Positions 62,587 through 64,000 of a stretch of DNA of 64,000 nucleotides are shown here, piece by piece. The notes beneath the pieces are model-generated. The model did no database searches. It was given only the letters and a program-made list of their open reading frames with translations, and was not told where the DNA came from. Both the position numbers and the translations under genes were made by a program. The stretch spans positions 434,001 through 498,000 of the forward strand of contig OW569351.1 of NCBI GenBank assembly GCA_937625935.1, in the 5' to 3' direction. Origin of the DNA: Tetramitus jugosus. Taxonomy: Eukaryota > Protista > Heterolobosea. The number at the start of each line of letters is the position of its first letter. The stretch's first letter is position 1.

Positions 62587-64000
62587 ATGGACAACAACAA
62601 CAATACGAACAAGAATAATATACCACCACCACAACCTTCACAACCACAACCACAACAATACAATCAACAATTCAATGCAAACGAATTGGAAAAACTGGGT
62701 AGAGGATGGAAGCGCATCCAACACAGAAATGCGCTCACTGCCAATGACAATGAAAAGAGAGACATGAACAAGAAGATTCAAAAATTTCGATCCTATGACT
62801 TTTTGTTGAGACAGGAGGAGGCCAAGCGATGGATCGAATCCATGCTCGACACCAAAATATTTTTCGAGCACCACATTCCGACACAGTCACCAAACACGCC
62901 TTCATCATTGGCTTCCAATGGTCAAAATGGTCGATCACCTAGTCCCCCAATCGATCCAACCTCGTACAACAATAGTGCAGCAAGCACAGACTTTTTTCAT
63001 CAGTTGAGAGATGGTGTTACGTTGTGTCGGTTGGCCCAGTGTTGGATGACTGGTGAGGAACCGAGGCTCAAAATGAAAAAATATCACAGTAATGTCAATG
63101 CCAAGAAGGGAAGTCCATTGGAGCTCATGATTGCAACGGACAATGTTCACACATTTTTCCAGTGCTGCCGTGCCATTGAATTTCCACAGTTTTATGACTT
63201 TACGGTGCCTGACTTGTGGGAGAGAAAAAATATTTGGCAAGTGGTTCACTGTATTCATGCGTTGGCTCACTTTTTGGATCGTCAGGGATTGTTGAAGAGT
63301 GATGCACTCAGGATTCAAGATTTGACTCATTCGGGCATTCAGTTCTCAGTGGAGGAGATGGAGAGAGCAGAACAGGATTTTATCAAAATGGAGCAGATGA
63401 ATCTCAAGATTGACTATGATTTCATAAAGTCGAGCGATGATCGTGACGGTGAGAACGAAGACGAGGAATTGCAAGTATCGGTTCACTCTGTGTTTCTGTC
63501 TGAAGATGACACTGCACTAATTGATCCTGATCAGTGTACCATTGAGGGCAAGGGAGCAGACACGGCCGTAGCAGGCGAACAAAACAAGTTTTATATTGTG
63601 ATGAGAAATAAGAGAGGTGAAGTGATCACGGATCAAACAGCACAACATGAATTCCTGGTCAATTTGGTCATGTTGTCCAATCCGAGTATTGTTGTCACAG
63701 GTCAGTGCGTTGATCTCGGCGATGGAAGGCATGAGGTCACCTATGTTCCAACTGTTGCTGGTCGGTACACATGGGACATTACTCTGGACAATGACAAAAA
63801 ACTGACTCATAAATCGATTGGTGGAGTTCGAGTGATGCCTGGTGATGTGTGCGTACAGAATTGTGTCGTTATTGATCCACACAATCTGCAAGTCAATCAG
63901 ACTGAGGGAGAAACGTTCTCTTTCCACATTCAGGCCAGAGACAAGTGCGGCAACAAGTGCATCAATGGTGGTTACAAATTTCAGCGAGCTCAGTTACTTT
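62587..64000 (+). CDS. IQGAP-type calponin-homology domain followed by filamin/ABP120 repeats; runs off window
   Basis: Not in the ORF track. My translation from ATG 62587 is open to the end: SYDFLLRQEEAKRWIE, LRDGVTLCRLA and DLWERKNIWQVVHCIHALAHFL..RIQDL, then IDPDQCTIEGKG..TAVAGEQNKFYI and DLGDGRHEVTYVPTVAGRY. Confidence 0.88.
   Translation, partial: MDNNNNTNKNNIPPPQPSQPQPQQYNQQFNANELEKLGRGWKRIQHRNALTANDNEKRDMNKKIQKFRSYDFLLRQEEAKRWIESMLDTKIFFEHHIPTQSPNTPSSLASNGQNGRSPSPPIDPTSYNNSAASTDFFHQLRDGVTLCRLAQCWMTGEEPRLKMKKYHSNVNAKKGSPLELMIATDNVHTFFQCCRAIEFPQFYDFTVPDLWERKNIWQVVHCIHALAHFLDRQGLLKSDALRIQDLTHSGIQFSVEEMERAEQDFIKMEQMNLKIDYDFIKSSDDRDGENEDEELQVSVHSVFLSEDDTALIDPDQCTIEGKGADTAVAGEQNKFYIVMRNKRGEVITDQTAQHEFLVNLVMLSNPSIVVTGQCVDLGDGRHEVTYVPTVAGRYTWDITLDNDKKLTHKSIGGVRVMPGDVCVQNCVVIDPHNLQVNQTEGETFSFHIQARDKCGNKCINGGYKFQRAQLL

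Noticed and set aside
1-64000. CRISPR array or prokaryotic operon structure
   Set aside because: No regularly spaced repeat-spacer array. The sequence is eukaryotic (spliceosomal introns, AP-3, F-box, CCA-less tRNAs).

Overview
Gene-dense, intron-poor eukaryotic (protist) chromosomal DNA of roughly 40% GC. It has very short intergenic spacers, CAA/ACA-derived low-complexity tracts and a few spliceosomal introns with GTATGT donors and ACTAAC branch points. The gene content suggests a free-living heterolobosean-like amoeba or amoeboflagellate (inference only). About 30 protein genes are present: a Cep135/Bld10-like fragment, two F-box/TMEM185-like membrane proteins, FLVCR- and Spinster-type MFS transporters, BSD-TLDc, GPCR-PIP kinase, a 2420-aa Ig-repeat/vWA adhesin, a GH81 glucanase, a TTBK kinase, AP-3 sigma, OSCP, a Munc13/MUN protein, PXMP4, an IQGAP-type CH plus filamin protein, and several bacterial- or phage-like genes. 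There are two tRNAs (Lys-CTT, Thr-AGT). A decayed ~5.5-kb island just upstream of tRNA-Lys holds a UL9/OBP-like helicase relic, a MYND-finger relic and a CACTA transposase relic. The most striking signal is a 311-bp TTAA-flanked insertion (27451-27761) at the stop codon of an AIM24-like gene. It carries a TnpB/Fanzor-like C-terminal peptide remnant and a strongly base-paired, pseudoknotted RNA that ends at the element boundary, making it a candidate non-autonomous Fanzor element with an omega-RNA scaffold. All family assignments come from motif recognition by eye, not database searches.
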